This document shows, in pieces, positions 9,518 to 18,592 of a stretch of 64,000 nucleotides of DNA. The DNA is from Nanobdellota archaeon (GTDB taxonomy: Archaea > Nanobdellota > Nanobdellia > Pacearchaeales > GW2011-AR1): contig JBBSYE010000001.1 of NCBI GenBank assembly GCA_038045385.1, positions 42,165 to 106,164 on the forward strand, given 5' to 3'. Position 1 is the stretch's first letter; each line of letters opens with the position of its first letter. Below the pieces are notes generated by a model. That model was not told the origin of the DNA. It searched no databases and saw only the letters and a program-made list of their open reading frames with translations. The position numbers were made by a program, and so were the translations under genes.

Positions 9518-9814
9518 ATGGCGAAAGATTGCATTGAAGTTATAGTAACTCCTGAGTTCGCATCAAAGGAAAAACCAGGCAAACTCGTCTTCCGAGGAAA
9601 ACCTCCGGCAATAGATATAAGACAAGAAATGCATCATGGTAGATCTTATGTAGTAAAGGCTCCTGCGTATGCCTATGGTCGTGAAATTGAAATAGTAGGT
9701 TCTATGGTCAAAGAAGCATTATGTTTAACTGACGCCCACCAAAATCATAGAATTAAATATTGCCTCTTCCAAGACGGAAAGAAGAAAATTGATATTTTTC
9801 CCCTCAAGACTTAA
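9518..9814 (+). CDS. Hypothetical protein
   Basis: 98-aa ORF. Confidence 0.35.
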   Translation: MAKDCIEVIVTPEFASKEKPGKLVFRGKPPAIDIRQEMHHGRSYVVKAPAYAYGREIEIVGSMVKEALCLTDAHQNHRIKYCLFQDGKKKIDIFPLKT

Positions 9815-9977
9815 CAATGGTGATAATAACCTTAAAATAAGAAGAACGTTATAGCAGAGAAGTCGGAGATAAAATTAAAGCCCTTATCCATAAGGAAAGA
9901 TTTCCAAGGGCAAGAACATCAAAAAACTATCAGAGAAAACAGGCCTAACCCAGAGTCATTCAGACAAAATTCTTACT

Positions 9978-10205
9978 TTGCTTGAAAATGGATTGATATG
10001 GGGCACAACAAGCGTTCATCCTGCACCAGAAAGTCTTGATAGAGTCATTACTGCTTTAGCCATATTAGGATTATCTTCAGAAGATGAAATTATTAACGAT
10101 TATAAAGAAAGAATCGGGCATTATGGTTTTACAATTCATAGATCCCAATCGGAGTTCGAACGTTATCAATCTATTTCTTTAGAGGCTCAAACAATCCAGT
10201 TTTAA
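9978..10205 (+). CDS. Hypothetical protein
   Basis: 75-aa ORF. Confidence 0.25.
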   Translation: MLENGLIWGTTSVHPAPESLDRVITALAILGLSSEDEIINDYKERIGHYGFTIHRSQSEFERYQSISLEAQTIQF

Positions 10206-10737
10206 GACCATAAAAAGTATGTATTCCTCTAGTTAGTAAAAGAGCAAAAATATAGGATAAAGCGAAAGCACTAGTCCTATCAAACCCTTTGGTGATTAGA
10301 AAATAATGTCCTCCTGTCGCAAAAACAAAATAAAATACAGATAAGACGATCCTTTCAGCTTGAATTCTAAAGATATCTTTTTTCAATGAGCTTGAAATCT
10401 TTCCTTGACTGATTTGTTTTTTATTCAAAAATCCATGAAGTATAATAAAAATTCCAAAATCAATCAAAGCATCAATCCCAAATGAAATTAATGCAATCGC
10501 TCTAGGAGAATCAGCAATCATCTTTGTCAAATAAACAGGGTATAAAGCAAGAAAAATAGAAGCCAAACTTGCAATTATTATATTTACATTTATATTGACA
10601 ATTCTTTTTTTCTTATAAATTTCAAACAAGTTCATATGACGATTAGAACAACAATTTTTAAATAGCCTACTATTCAAAATGTTATATGGTAAAAGGAGAC
10701 GAGATGTTGAAGATAGCAGTAATGGCTGGAGCTTCAA
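10171..10737 (-). CDS. Integral membrane protein
   Basis: 188 aa with multiple hydrophobic helices. Confidence 0.45.
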   Translation of the reverse strand: MKLQPLLLSSTSRLLLPYNILNSRLFKNCCSNRHMNLFEIYKKKRIVNINVNIIIASLASIFLALYPVYLTKMIADSPRAIALISFGIDALIDFGIFIILHGFLNKKQISQGKISSSLKKDIFRIQAERIVLSVFYFVFATGGHYFLITKGFDRTSAFALSYIFALLLTRGIHTFYGLKTGLFEPLKK

Positions 10738-10830
10738 GAGCGCTCAAATTTAAAGAAGAAAATTGGAAAGCTACTTCTGAAGAAGTCCTTCGTCACGTTA
10801 GTTCAAGCATGCCTGAAATTATTAATAATA

Positions 10831-11106
10831 TTGATTCTGACTAATATGGGAGAATATGCCTTCAAAGAACTAAGGGAGAAGGTGAGCCAAAGATTAGGCC
10901 AAGAAGAAGCTAGAAATTTATTAAGAAAATGGACGACAAGAGCAAATACAAACTATAGGTTAAAATCCAAATTAGAAAAACCTAAAGAAGCCCCACTTAG
11001 ACTAATCGCCAGAACTGATTATGTAAAAAGAGATGTATTAGTATCATATAGCCTCTGGCTTGCAGATACACGAGTTCATGCTTTAGATTCTTTAGTTTCT
11101 GAATAA
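10831..11106 (+). CDS. Hypothetical protein
   Basis: 91-aa basic protein. Confidence 0.35.
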   Translation: MILTNMGEYAFKELREKVSQRLGQEEARNLLRKWTTRANTNYRLKSKLEKPKEAPLRLIARTDYVKRDVLVSYSLWLADTRVHALDSLVSE

Positions 11107-11144
11107 GCATAATCTTTTATACCTTTATTTCGCTAATTTAATGT

Positions 11145-11275
11145 GCGGGGGTAGCAAAGCGGTTAAATGCGCAAGACTTAAGACGTCCCGCGCTCGTTAG
11201 AGCGCGTGAAGCATTAGATTTCGGAAGAAATCTTGTGGCTTAGTGCCTTCGGAGGTTCGAATCCTCCCTCCCGCA
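11145..11275 (+). tRNA. tRNA-Leu (anticodon UAA) containing a ~47-nt intron in the anticodon loop
   Basis: GCGGGGG acceptor stem, 3-bp D-stem, and anticodon stem CAAGA...TCTTG. The stem is interrupted at 11184..11230 after the loop CTTAAGA. A long variable arm (GGCTTAGTGCC) indicates a class II tRNA. T-arm GGAGGTTCGAATCCTCC, discriminator A. Confidence 0.8.
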
Positions 11276-11289
11276 TTTTTGTTTATCGA

Positions 11290-11392
11290 TGCGAGTCTTC
11301 GAGCCTGTGAGAAGGGTCGAGCGAGAATAAACAAAAAATCTTACTCCGCAGCGAATCTCCGAGCATGTGAGGAGGGTTGAGCAAGAGAGTAA
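11290..11392. repeat. Two imperfect direct repeats (~42 nt each) downstream of tRNA-Leu
   Basis: GCGAGTCTTCGAGCCTGTGAGAAGGGTCGAGCGAGAATAAAC and GCGAATCTCCGAGCATGTGAGGAGGGTTGAGCAAGAGAGTAAAG. Confidence 0.5.
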
Positions 11393-11473
11393 AGAGAATG
11401 GTCAAACAAGAATGAAACGAGAAGTAAGTCAAGCAAGACAATAATTTTTAAATATTATAATCTATAAATTTTA

Positions 11474-12115
11474 ATGTCAAAAATATCAGAATTAAAAGCA
11501 AAAATAAACTCTATTCCAGAAGAATATAAGCAAATAATAGACTTGCGAATATCAGAATTCAGCTCTTTCAATCAAAAAACGAACGAAGACTGGTTTTCAG
11601 AACTCTGCTTTTGTCTGTTAACGGCAAACTCAAAAGCACAAACTGCAATCAACATTCAAAAAACTCTAGGATACGATGGCTTCACCAAACTCTCTCAAGA
11701 AAATTTAGCGAGAACAATAAGAGAACATAAACACAGATTTCATAATAACAAAGCCAAATACATAATCCAAGCAAGACAAAATAAAAATATCAAAGAAATA
11801 ATACAATCTATAGTAAAAAAAGAAAACGAATTTAAAGCAAGAGAATGGCTTGTTCAAAATATAAATGGCCTTGGCTATAAGGAAGCCTCTCATTTTCTAA
11901 GAAACACGGGCCATAAAAGTTTAGCAATTTTAGACAGGCACATTTTGAATATTTTAGCAGATAACAACATTATAGAAAAGCCAAAATCTCTAAACAAAAA
12001 GATTTATCTTGATAATGAAAAAATATTTCAGAATTTAGCTTCAAGTCTTGAGACAACGCCAGCGAAGCTAGACTTGCAATTATGGTATCTTCAGACAGGC
12101 AGAGTGCTTAAATAG
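11474..12115 (+). CDS. ogg: N-glycosylase/DNA lyase (8-oxoguanine DNA glycosylase, archaeal Ogg-type, HhH-GPD superfamily)
   Basis: 213 aa. Helix-hairpin-helix segment NGLGYKEASHFLRNTGHKSLAILDRHILNIL, typical of Ogg2-type enzymes. Confidence 0.6.
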   Translation: MSKISELKAKINSIPEEYKQIIDLRISEFSSFNQKTNEDWFSELCFCLLTANSKAQTAINIQKTLGYDGFTKLSQENLARTIREHKHRFHNNKAKYIIQARQNKNIKEIIQSIVKKENEFKAREWLVQNINGLGYKEASHFLRNTGHKSLAILDRHILNILADNNIIEKPKSLNKKIYLDNEKIFQNLASSLETTPAKLDLQLWYLQTGRVLK

Positions 12116-12123
12116 TTATCAAA

Positions 12124-12432
12124 TTGCTATTCGGCGTGGTGATACATATAAGTTCTGGAAGAGGAGATTATAGGAGTCATACAGGTAGCGAGCCAGTGTA
12201 CAGAATAGTTCTTTCAAATGGAGATTCAATTCCAAAAAATTCTCTTGGTCTTGTTAACGCAAGAGATTTATCCCGGGCTAGAGAATTGTATCTCGGAGCA
12301 GTCGGCGAGATTCATTTAAGCATGGAATCCAACGGAGGAAATAGCACAATAACTTTTAATTATGATCCAATTAGTGAGCCCCATATAAGAGAAAAAATAT
12401 CTGGCTTATTAAAAAAGGCAAATGAAGAATAG
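12124..12432 (+). CDS. Hypothetical protein
   Basis: 102 aa. Overlaps the ogt start by 11 nt in another frame. Confidence 0.3.
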   Translation: MLFGVVIHISSGRGDYRSHTGSEPVYRIVLSNGDSIPKNSLGLVNARDLSRARELYLGAVGEIHLSMESNGGNSTITFNYDPISEPHIREKISGLLKKANEE

Positions 12433-12721
12433 TTTCAATGAACGTTGCTACGAAATATTAAGAAAAGTTCCAAAAGGAAAAGTCACAACTTACAAGTCTT
12501 TAGCGCAAGTTTTAAAAACAAAAGCATATCGCGCAGTCGGAAATGCAATGAACAAGAATCCTTATGCTCCCCAAGTTCCCTGTCATCGAGTAATAAACAC
12601 GAGCGGAAAGCTAGGTGGCTTTGCCCTAGGTTTAAGCGCAAAGATAAAATTGTTAAAATCCGAAGGTATCGAAATAGAAAATAATAAAATCAACTTTGAT
12701 AAATACGAATATAAATTTTAA
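12422..12721 (+). CDS. ogt: Methylated-DNA--protein-cysteine methyltransferase (short, C-terminal-domain-only MGMT)
   Basis: 99 aa with the complete MGMT DNA-binding/active-site domain and the PCHRV motif (QVPCHRVINTSGKLGGFALG). Confidence 0.8.
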   Translation: MKNSFNERCYEILRKVPKGKVTTYKSLAQVLKTKAYRAVGNAMNKNPYAPQVPCHRVINTSGKLGGFALGLSAKIKLLKSEGIEIENNKINFDKYEYKF

Positions 12722-12732
12722 AAATAAAAATC

Positions 12733-13551
12733 TTAAATCTTAACTTTACTCAAAGGCGTGAAAGAATCCCAAGTCATGCCAAACATCTGTGCTACAGATT
12801 GAGCAAAATAATCGCTCGCAAGCCATACAGCAACGTCATAACTTGGATGAACGGTCTTATCATCAAGTAACATAAACATCATCTGCTTTTCATCAACAAT
12901 GGTAAATCTTCCCTGTGGTTTAGAAAGTCCACGAACTTCCGCAACCTTTGATAATTCCTTAGCGACTTTATAATTTCCAGAAGTTATAGGCGCAGCAATT
13001 TTAACAGAAACTCCCCTCTTCTTTGCTTTCTCAAGAGCAGGCATCAAGGCTTCCATCTTTCTGCTAAGTCCTTCAGCAGTTGTCACAATAGAAACACTTT
13101 TCTCTGCACCCTTAATCATCATATCAAGATGATTATGAATATTCTGTCTACCTTTCAAACTTCCAGAAAGATCAGCAGGTTCAATATATTTTACTCCATT
13201 AGTATAAAGTGAACTAAGCTCATTAAGAACATCATCTCCTTTTAGCTGCTCAAGTCTCTTCGACTTTTCTTGAGCATTAACAACTAAATTTCTTTTAACT
13301 CTTTCAACAACATCCTCAGGCTTTAGTGCGATAAACTTTATTGGCTTCCCAAGCTTCATAACAATAAATCCTCTCTTTTCTAAGGATTCTAAAACATCAT
13401 AAGTCCTACTTCGCGGAACATCAGAAATATTACTTAACTCCCCAGCAGTAGAAACTCCTCTGGAAAGCAGAGAAGCCCAAACCTTAACTTCATACAAATT
13501 CAAGTCGAATATTTTCCTCAAACGACCTAGAAATTCTTCTTTGACTATCAT
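12733..13551 (-). CDS. TrmB-family transcriptional regulator
   Basis: 272 aa. N-terminal wHTH (LYEVKVWASLLSRGVSTAGELSNISDVPRSRTYDVLESLEKRGFI) plus a TrmB-type C-terminal domain. Confidence 0.7.
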   Translation of the reverse strand: MIVKEEFLGRLRKIFDLNLYEVKVWASLLSRGVSTAGELSNISDVPRSRTYDVLESLEKRGFIVMKLGKPIKFIALKPEDVVERVKRNLVVNAQEKSKRLEQLKGDDVLNELSSLYTNGVKYIEPADLSGSLKGRQNIHNHLDMMIKGAEKSVSIVTTAEGLSRKMEALMPALEKAKKRGVSVKIAAPITSGNYKVAKELSKVAEVRGLSKPQGRFTIVDEKQMMFMLLDDKTVHPSYDVAVWLASDYFAQSVAQMFGMTWDSFTPLSKVKI

Positions 13552-13596
13552 TTTACTATCATTCTAGAGAGACAGACTATTTAAATGTTTTTTCAA

Positions 13597-16371
13597 TCAA
13601 ATCTTAGTAAACGAGAATCCAATTTTCTCATTTTTTATTTCAAAATTAAACTCACAATTCTCCTCGGTAAAATTAATTTTTTTAGCATTTACTCTATTAG
13701 CAATATAATCTTTATTTTTCATAACTCTTTTATAAAGCTCTTTATCTAATCTAAGAGTTAAAAATATCTCATCGCTCTTTATAAGCCCAAGATTCTTCCT
13801 TTCTGCCTGTATTTTTCTAGCTATTTCTCTAGCAAAACCTTCAGCTTCAAGTTCGTCAGTCATATTCAAGTCTAGTTCCGTTCTTAACTCGACACCTTTA
13901 GAAAATTCTATCTTTTTGACATTTAATTGCCTCGCAACAATTTCCCCAAGTTCCGCACCAACCTTCTCCCCAGTCAGCAAAGCTTTTTGTAAAGGCCATT
14001 TCAAACCAACTCCCGCCTTATCTCTTTCCCTCAGTCCAAGTTCAATATATTTAACGACAAGTTCAAATTCTTTCTCAAGTTCATTATCAACTTTCTTTGC
14101 ATCAAACGAAGGCATTTCAGAGAGATGAACAGATTTTTCCTTAACTAAACCCCTAGTCTTAAGTTCTTGCCATAATATCTCTGTAGAAAAAGGAATAATT
14201 GGCGCAAGTATTTTCAGAAGCCCGAGCCTTATTTCATTAACAATATCAAAAGTTTCATCCGCTCTTTCTCTTATCATCTGAATATATGTCTTACTCAAAT
14301 CAAAAACTAGGAATCTCTCAATCTTCTGTACAACCTCATAAAACCTATAATTATTATATCCAGTCATAATCTCTTTAATCAAATTATTAAATTTTGATAA
14401 AATCCATCTGTCCTCGATATTTCTTCTTGCTTTCTTCGCTTGAAGTTGATTAGCAAAGGCGTTAACATTTGTCAGAACTCTAAAGAATCCCTGTATCTCC
14501 TTAAAATCTTTTTCATCAAAAGTAATATCCTCTCCTCGAGACATTTTTGCAAGGTAGTATCTCAAGTAATCCCGACTATATTTTTTTATAATATCTTCAG
14601 GAGAGACAATATTGCCAAGAGATTTAGACATCTTTCTCTTACTTATATCTAAAATCATCCCATGAACTGAAACATTCAAAAATGGCTTTTTATCAAAAGC
14701 AATAGTGCTAAGTATCAACTGTGAGTTCCACCATCCTCTAAATTGATCTTTTCCTTCTACATTAAAATCAGCAGGCCAGTATTTCTTAAACTTCTTCTTA
14801 TCTGCAGGGAATCCTAATGCTGCCCAGCTTGAAACTCCAGAGTCAAACCACACGTCCAAAACTTCAGGAATTCTTTTGAATATCTTTCCGCCTTTTTTTA
14901 TTGTAATCTTATCAATTCCAGGCTTATGCAATTCAATATCTTTCACACCAGAAAGCTTTTTTAGCTCTTCTAAACTACCAACAACTATCACCTCTCCATC
15001 TTCGCCGGACCAGATAGGCAAAGGAGTGCCCCAATATCTTTGTCTTGAAATTGGCCAATCACTTATTCCCTCAAGCCAAGCCTTCATTCTAAGTTTCATA
15101 TAGTCTGGAACCCAATTGGTTTTTTCATTTTCTTCCAATAGTTTTTTATGAATTGCAGATATTTTCAAAAACCATTGCGGTTGCGTTATCATTAACAAAG
15201 GGGACTTGTCCCTCCAACATAATGGATAATCATGCTCATGCTTCTCAGCTAGAACTAGAAACCCATCTTTCTTCAAATCTTCAATTATCTCTCCATCGAC
15301 AATTCTCGCTTTTTTTCCCGCATATTTTCCAGCACTAGAGTCTAGTATTCCATCGGAGCCAACAGGACAAAGCATATCAAGATTATTCTCCCTACCAACT
15401 TCATAGTCCTCTTTTCCATGTCCTGGAGCGCAATGCACAAGTCCAGTACCTTCGTTGGTTGTAACGTATCTATCAGATAAAACTACTCTATACCCATTAT
15501 TAACTTTAACATTAATATGTCCTTTTAGCGGGTTAGAATATTTCAAACCCTCAAGTTCATTACCCTTAATTTCCTTAAATTTTTTACACTCAACGCCAAA
15601 TTTCTGAGCCAACTTATCCGCAAGTTCAGAAGCTACAATCCATTTTTCCTCATTTTTAAGCTCCATTTCTCTATAGCTTATTTTAGGCCCAACCATAACT
15701 CCAGTATTTGCAGGTAATGTCCAAGGAGTAGTTGTCCAGATAATCAAATAACTATTTTTCTTATCTACAATTGGAAATTTAACGTACACAGAATTATCTT
15801 TTTGCTTAGCATATTCTATTTCATTATAGGCTACCGCAGTCTCACATCTAGGACAAACATGAATTGGATATTTTCCAAGATAAAGCAGACCTTTTTTATG
15901 TGCTTCTTTGAAAGCATGCCATATCGCTTCAATGTAGTCATCAGATAAAGTAAGATAAGGATTTTCCCAATCCATCCACACGCCCAAATTCAAAAACTCC
16001 CGGTTCATAATATCAATATGTTGCGTAGCAAACTTCTTGCACCTTTCAATAAAATTTTCAACACCAAATTTCTCAATATCTCGCTTTGATTTCGAGTCAA
16101 TCTCCTTCTCAACTTGTAGTTCAATAGGGACTCCATGTGTATCATATCCTGGTCTATCAAAAACATCGTATCCTTGCATTCTTTTCATCCTCATAGCAAT
16201 ATCTTTAGAAGTCTTGTTCAAAGCAGTTCCGAGGTGTATATGTCCAGTCGCATAAGGCGGACCATCCATCATATAGAACTTTTTTCCATTGGAATTTTTC
16301 TTTTTTGAAGCCCCATAGATTCCTTCTTTAGCCCAAAATTCCAGCACATGTTCTTCGTTTTTTATTTCCAT
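13597..16371 (-). CDS. ileS: Isoleucine--tRNA ligase
   Basis: 924 aa. HIGH region PPYATGHIHLGTALNK, KMSKS motif (KMSKSLGN), and the IleRS-type DWPISRQRYWGTPLP motif. Confidence 0.8.
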   Translation of the reverse strand: MEIKNEEHVLEFWAKEGIYGASKKKNSNGKKFYMMDGPPYATGHIHLGTALNKTSKDIAMRMKRMQGYDVFDRPGYDTHGVPIELQVEKEIDSKSKRDIEKFGVENFIERCKKFATQHIDIMNREFLNLGVWMDWENPYLTLSDDYIEAIWHAFKEAHKKGLLYLGKYPIHVCPRCETAVAYNEIEYAKQKDNSVYVKFPIVDKKNSYLIIWTTTPWTLPANTGVMVGPKISYREMELKNEEKWIVASELADKLAQKFGVECKKFKEIKGNELEGLKYSNPLKGHINVKVNNGYRVVLSDRYVTTNEGTGLVHCAPGHGKEDYEVGRENNLDMLCPVGSDGILDSSAGKYAGKKARIVDGEIIEDLKKDGFLVLAEKHEHDYPLCWRDKSPLLMITQPQWFLKISAIHKKLLEENEKTNWVPDYMKLRMKAWLEGISDWPISRQRYWGTPLPIWSGEDGEVIVVGSLEELKKLSGVKDIELHKPGIDKITIKKGGKIFKRIPEVLDVWFDSGVSSWAALGFPADKKKFKKYWPADFNVEGKDQFRGWWNSQLILSTIAFDKKPFLNVSVHGMILDISKRKMSKSLGNIVSPEDIIKKYSRDYLRYYLAKMSRGEDITFDEKDFKEIQGFFRVLTNVNAFANQLQAKKARRNIEDRWILSKFNNLIKEIMTGYNNYRFYEVVQKIERFLVFDLSKTYIQMIRERADETFDIVNEIRLGLLKILAPIIPFSTEILWQELKTRGLVKEKSVHLSEMPSFDAKKVDNELEKEFELVVKYIELGLRERDKAGVGLKWPLQKALLTGEKVGAELGEIVARQLNVKKIEFSKGVELRTELDLNMTDELEAEGFAREIARKIQAERKNLGLIKSDEIFLTLRLDKELYKRVMKNKDYIANRVNAKKINFTEENCEFNFEIKNEKIGFSFTKI

Positions 16372-16395
16372 AATCTTAAGTTAAATAATACACTT

Positions 16396-16767
16396 TTATA
16401 CCTTGCTCTTTATATATAAAAGACTAATTCCGGTCATAATTACCCCAGAAGCAAAAAAGATAACTTCCCATCTCTTTAGGAAAAAGAAAATAATTGAAAT
16501 CACAACGAGCAAAGAGAAAACTAAAATAATTTTATTTTTTATTACTCCAATCTCTTTTTCAGACATTTTAGCAATTAAGAATCCATAAGCAACAACGGCC
16601 ACAGAGAAAAAATAGAGTTTACTAGAAGATAGCGTAAACCCTAAAGCAAATATTCCTCCAGTTAACAAACTCACAGGCAATAACTCATCTCTCTTATAAA
16701 ATGCAACTATAAGTCCAAAAAGAATTATCAAAAAGAAAATCCATCTAGCATCTAAAAACTGAATCAT
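16396..16767 (-). CDS. Small integral membrane protein
   Basis: 123 aa with four hydrophobic helices. Confidence 0.4.
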   Translation of the reverse strand: MIQFLDARWIFFLIILFGLIVAFYKRDELLPVSLLTGGIFALGFTLSSSKLYFFSVAVVAYGFLIAKMSEKEIGVIKNKIILVFSLLVVISIIFFFLKRWEVIFFASGVIMTGISLLYIKSKV

Positions 16768-16848
16768 ATCTCCTCATGGACAAACAGAAGAAAACATATA
16801 TAAATGCTCCTTAACTATGTAAAATATTCTAGATAAAAGGAGGTAAAG

Positions 16849-17181
16849 ATGAAAAACAGTTCAAATCATTTTGGAAGTTGGGCCTTTCTTATTGGCGTAA
16901 TCCTTGCACTTGCACTTGCTGTCTTCAATGTTTCTGGAGGTAGCTGGCCATTAGTGATGGTAATAATTGGTTTGATAGTTGGTCTGCTTAACATAAACGA
17001 ACATGAAACACATCATTTCCTTATGTCTGGAGCAATCTTAATTATCGTATCATATCTTGGAATGGGCGCAATGGAAACCGTTCCAGTGTTCGCAAGAACT
17101 CTTGGCGGATTGCTAATGATATTCGTTCCTGCAACAATCATAGTTGCAATAAAGAACGTATTCTCGCTAGCAAGACATTAA
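16849..17181 (+). CDS. Small integral membrane protein
   Basis: 110 aa with three to four TM helices. Confidence 0.4.
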   Translation: MKNSSNHFGSWAFLIGVILALALAVFNVSGGSWPLVMVIIGLIVGLLNINEHETHHFLMSGAILIIVSYLGMGAMETVPVFARTLGGLLMIFVPATIIVAIKNVFSLARH

Positions 17182-17238
17182 CACCAAGTAGAATTTTCTT
17201 TTTTTATTTAATTTTTATTTTTTTATACTAAACTCGGC

Positions 17239-17796
17239 TTACCATTTACTCTTTCTTTCTAAGGCCCTAGCAACAACCGCAAGAATTCTCTTCTTTTTTG
17301 TTTCAATCCCCTTAGCTCTAACAATCCATCTATAATACATCTTTTTGTAAGATTTTCCGAATTTCTCAAAATTTTCCCTAGCCATTTTATTTTTTTTCAA
17401 AGCAAGCTCTAGCTCCTTAGGCATTTCCAAGTTTTCAAGCCCGTGATCAATAGTCTCTTTTCCTAAACCCTCTAAATATCTCTTCTTCCCATTCTCAACC
17501 ATTCTATCCTCATCAAGTAGCTTCTTCCCATATTTCATAGTATTATTACTCCATCTACTCTTATCTGTTCTTTTTGCGAACCTTATAACATATTTTTCAT
17601 CATCAATTCTCTTAACCGTAGTATCTATCCATCCAAAACAAATTGCCTCATGCATAAATTCCAAGTGTGTAGGAGAATTTTTACCAGTATGCTTCTTATA
17701 TCTAATAACCGCAATCTTACTTTCCTTCAGATGATTCTTTTCAAGCCATAACCTCCAAGACTTAATATCTTTGAAATAAATCTCCTCCGCGGTCAT
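17239..17796 (-). CDS. YdeI/OmpD-associated (DUF1801-like) family protein
   Basis: WLEKNHLKESKIAVIRYKK...HEAICFGWIDTTVKRIDDEKYVIRFAKRTDKSRWS matches the YdeI N-terminal pattern. Confidence 0.5.
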   Translation of the reverse strand: MTAEEIYFKDIKSWRLWLEKNHLKESKIAVIRYKKHTGKNSPTHLEFMHEAICFGWIDTTVKRIDDEKYVIRFAKRTDKSRWSNNTMKYGKKLLDEDRMVENGKKRYLEGLGKETIDHGLENLEMPKELELALKKNKMARENFEKFGKSYKKMYYRWIVRAKGIETKKKRILAVVARALERKSKW

Positions 17797-18494
17797 CTTA
17801 TTTTTTTGATTTCCTTCTTAATCCTCATGGCTTCTTTTTTTTCTTTTTCAGCTTTCTTCAGCTCAACTTTTTTCAACTCAGTCCTTAACTCTTTAAGTTT
17901 CTTTTCCATCTCTTTTATCTCAAATTCTTCCTCTTTAATATAACCTATCCGCTCCTTCTCCTTAATTTTTTCGGCATAAGCAAAAAACATCTTTAGTGGT
18001 ATCTTAATGATATTCAATACTATTGAAATAACTACAATTATGAATAACAATGCAACTACAACACCCAAGCCGACTCCAAGATTAGAATGTACAAATAGAA
18101 TAATTGCATAGGCAAAAAGATGTAAAGTCAATACGGAGCTCAAATGTTTTGCGAATTTTTCAGGCAGTATATGATTAAAATTAAACTTTAGTATTGCCCA
18201 TCCAATAAACAGCACAAAAATAGCCGCAATGCTCTTACCAGAATAAGTTATAAAATTATCAAAACCTCCAATTCCAATTCCATAAATATATCTAAATAAT
18301 CCAAGAGATACAAAAAACAGAACTAAAGAGTTAGATAAATAAGCCCCCCAATTTTCTCTTTCGTGCTTATATTTCTCGAAATAGCTTAATATAATAATGG
18401 TAGCAAAAAACAAAGGAACTATTTCCCATAATACCTCTGGAGTAAAGCTTAGTTTAATAAAATAAATAATCAAGGAAGTTATTTCGTTCACCAT
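17793..18494 (-). CDS. Membrane protein with K/E-rich coiled-coil tail
   Basis: 233 aa with about five TM helices, then EKERIGYIKEEEFEIKEMEKKLKELRTELKK. Confidence 0.4.
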   Translation of the reverse strand: MVNEITSLIIYFIKLSFTPEVLWEIVPLFFATIIILSYFEKYKHERENWGAYLSNSLVLFFVSLGLFRYIYGIGIGGFDNFITYSGKSIAAIFVLFIGWAILKFNFNHILPEKFAKHLSSVLTLHLFAYAIILFVHSNLGVGLGVVVALLFIIVVISIVLNIIKIPLKMFFAYAEKIKEKERIGYIKEEEFEIKEMEKKLKELRTELKKVELKKAEKEKKEAMRIKKEIKKIR

Positions 18495-18592
18495 CTTTCT
18501 TCAAAAAAGCTAGTAAGTTTATAAAACTTCTATTTCTCAATCTTCGCACAAAAATAAGTTAGCAAAATAAATAAAAGACACTTTCTTTAAAG

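Noticed and set aside
12124-12721. Frameshifted full-length ogt (N- and C-domain split over two ORFs)
   Set aside because: The 99-aa ORF already contains the whole MGMT C-terminal domain from its own Met. The upstream 102-aa ORF has no recognisable Ogt N-domain features. It is more likely two overlapping genes.
13916-16255. Multiple 60-75-aa plus-strand ORFs inside ileS
   Set aside because: They are antisense to a confidently identified synthetase gene, with low-complexity composition.
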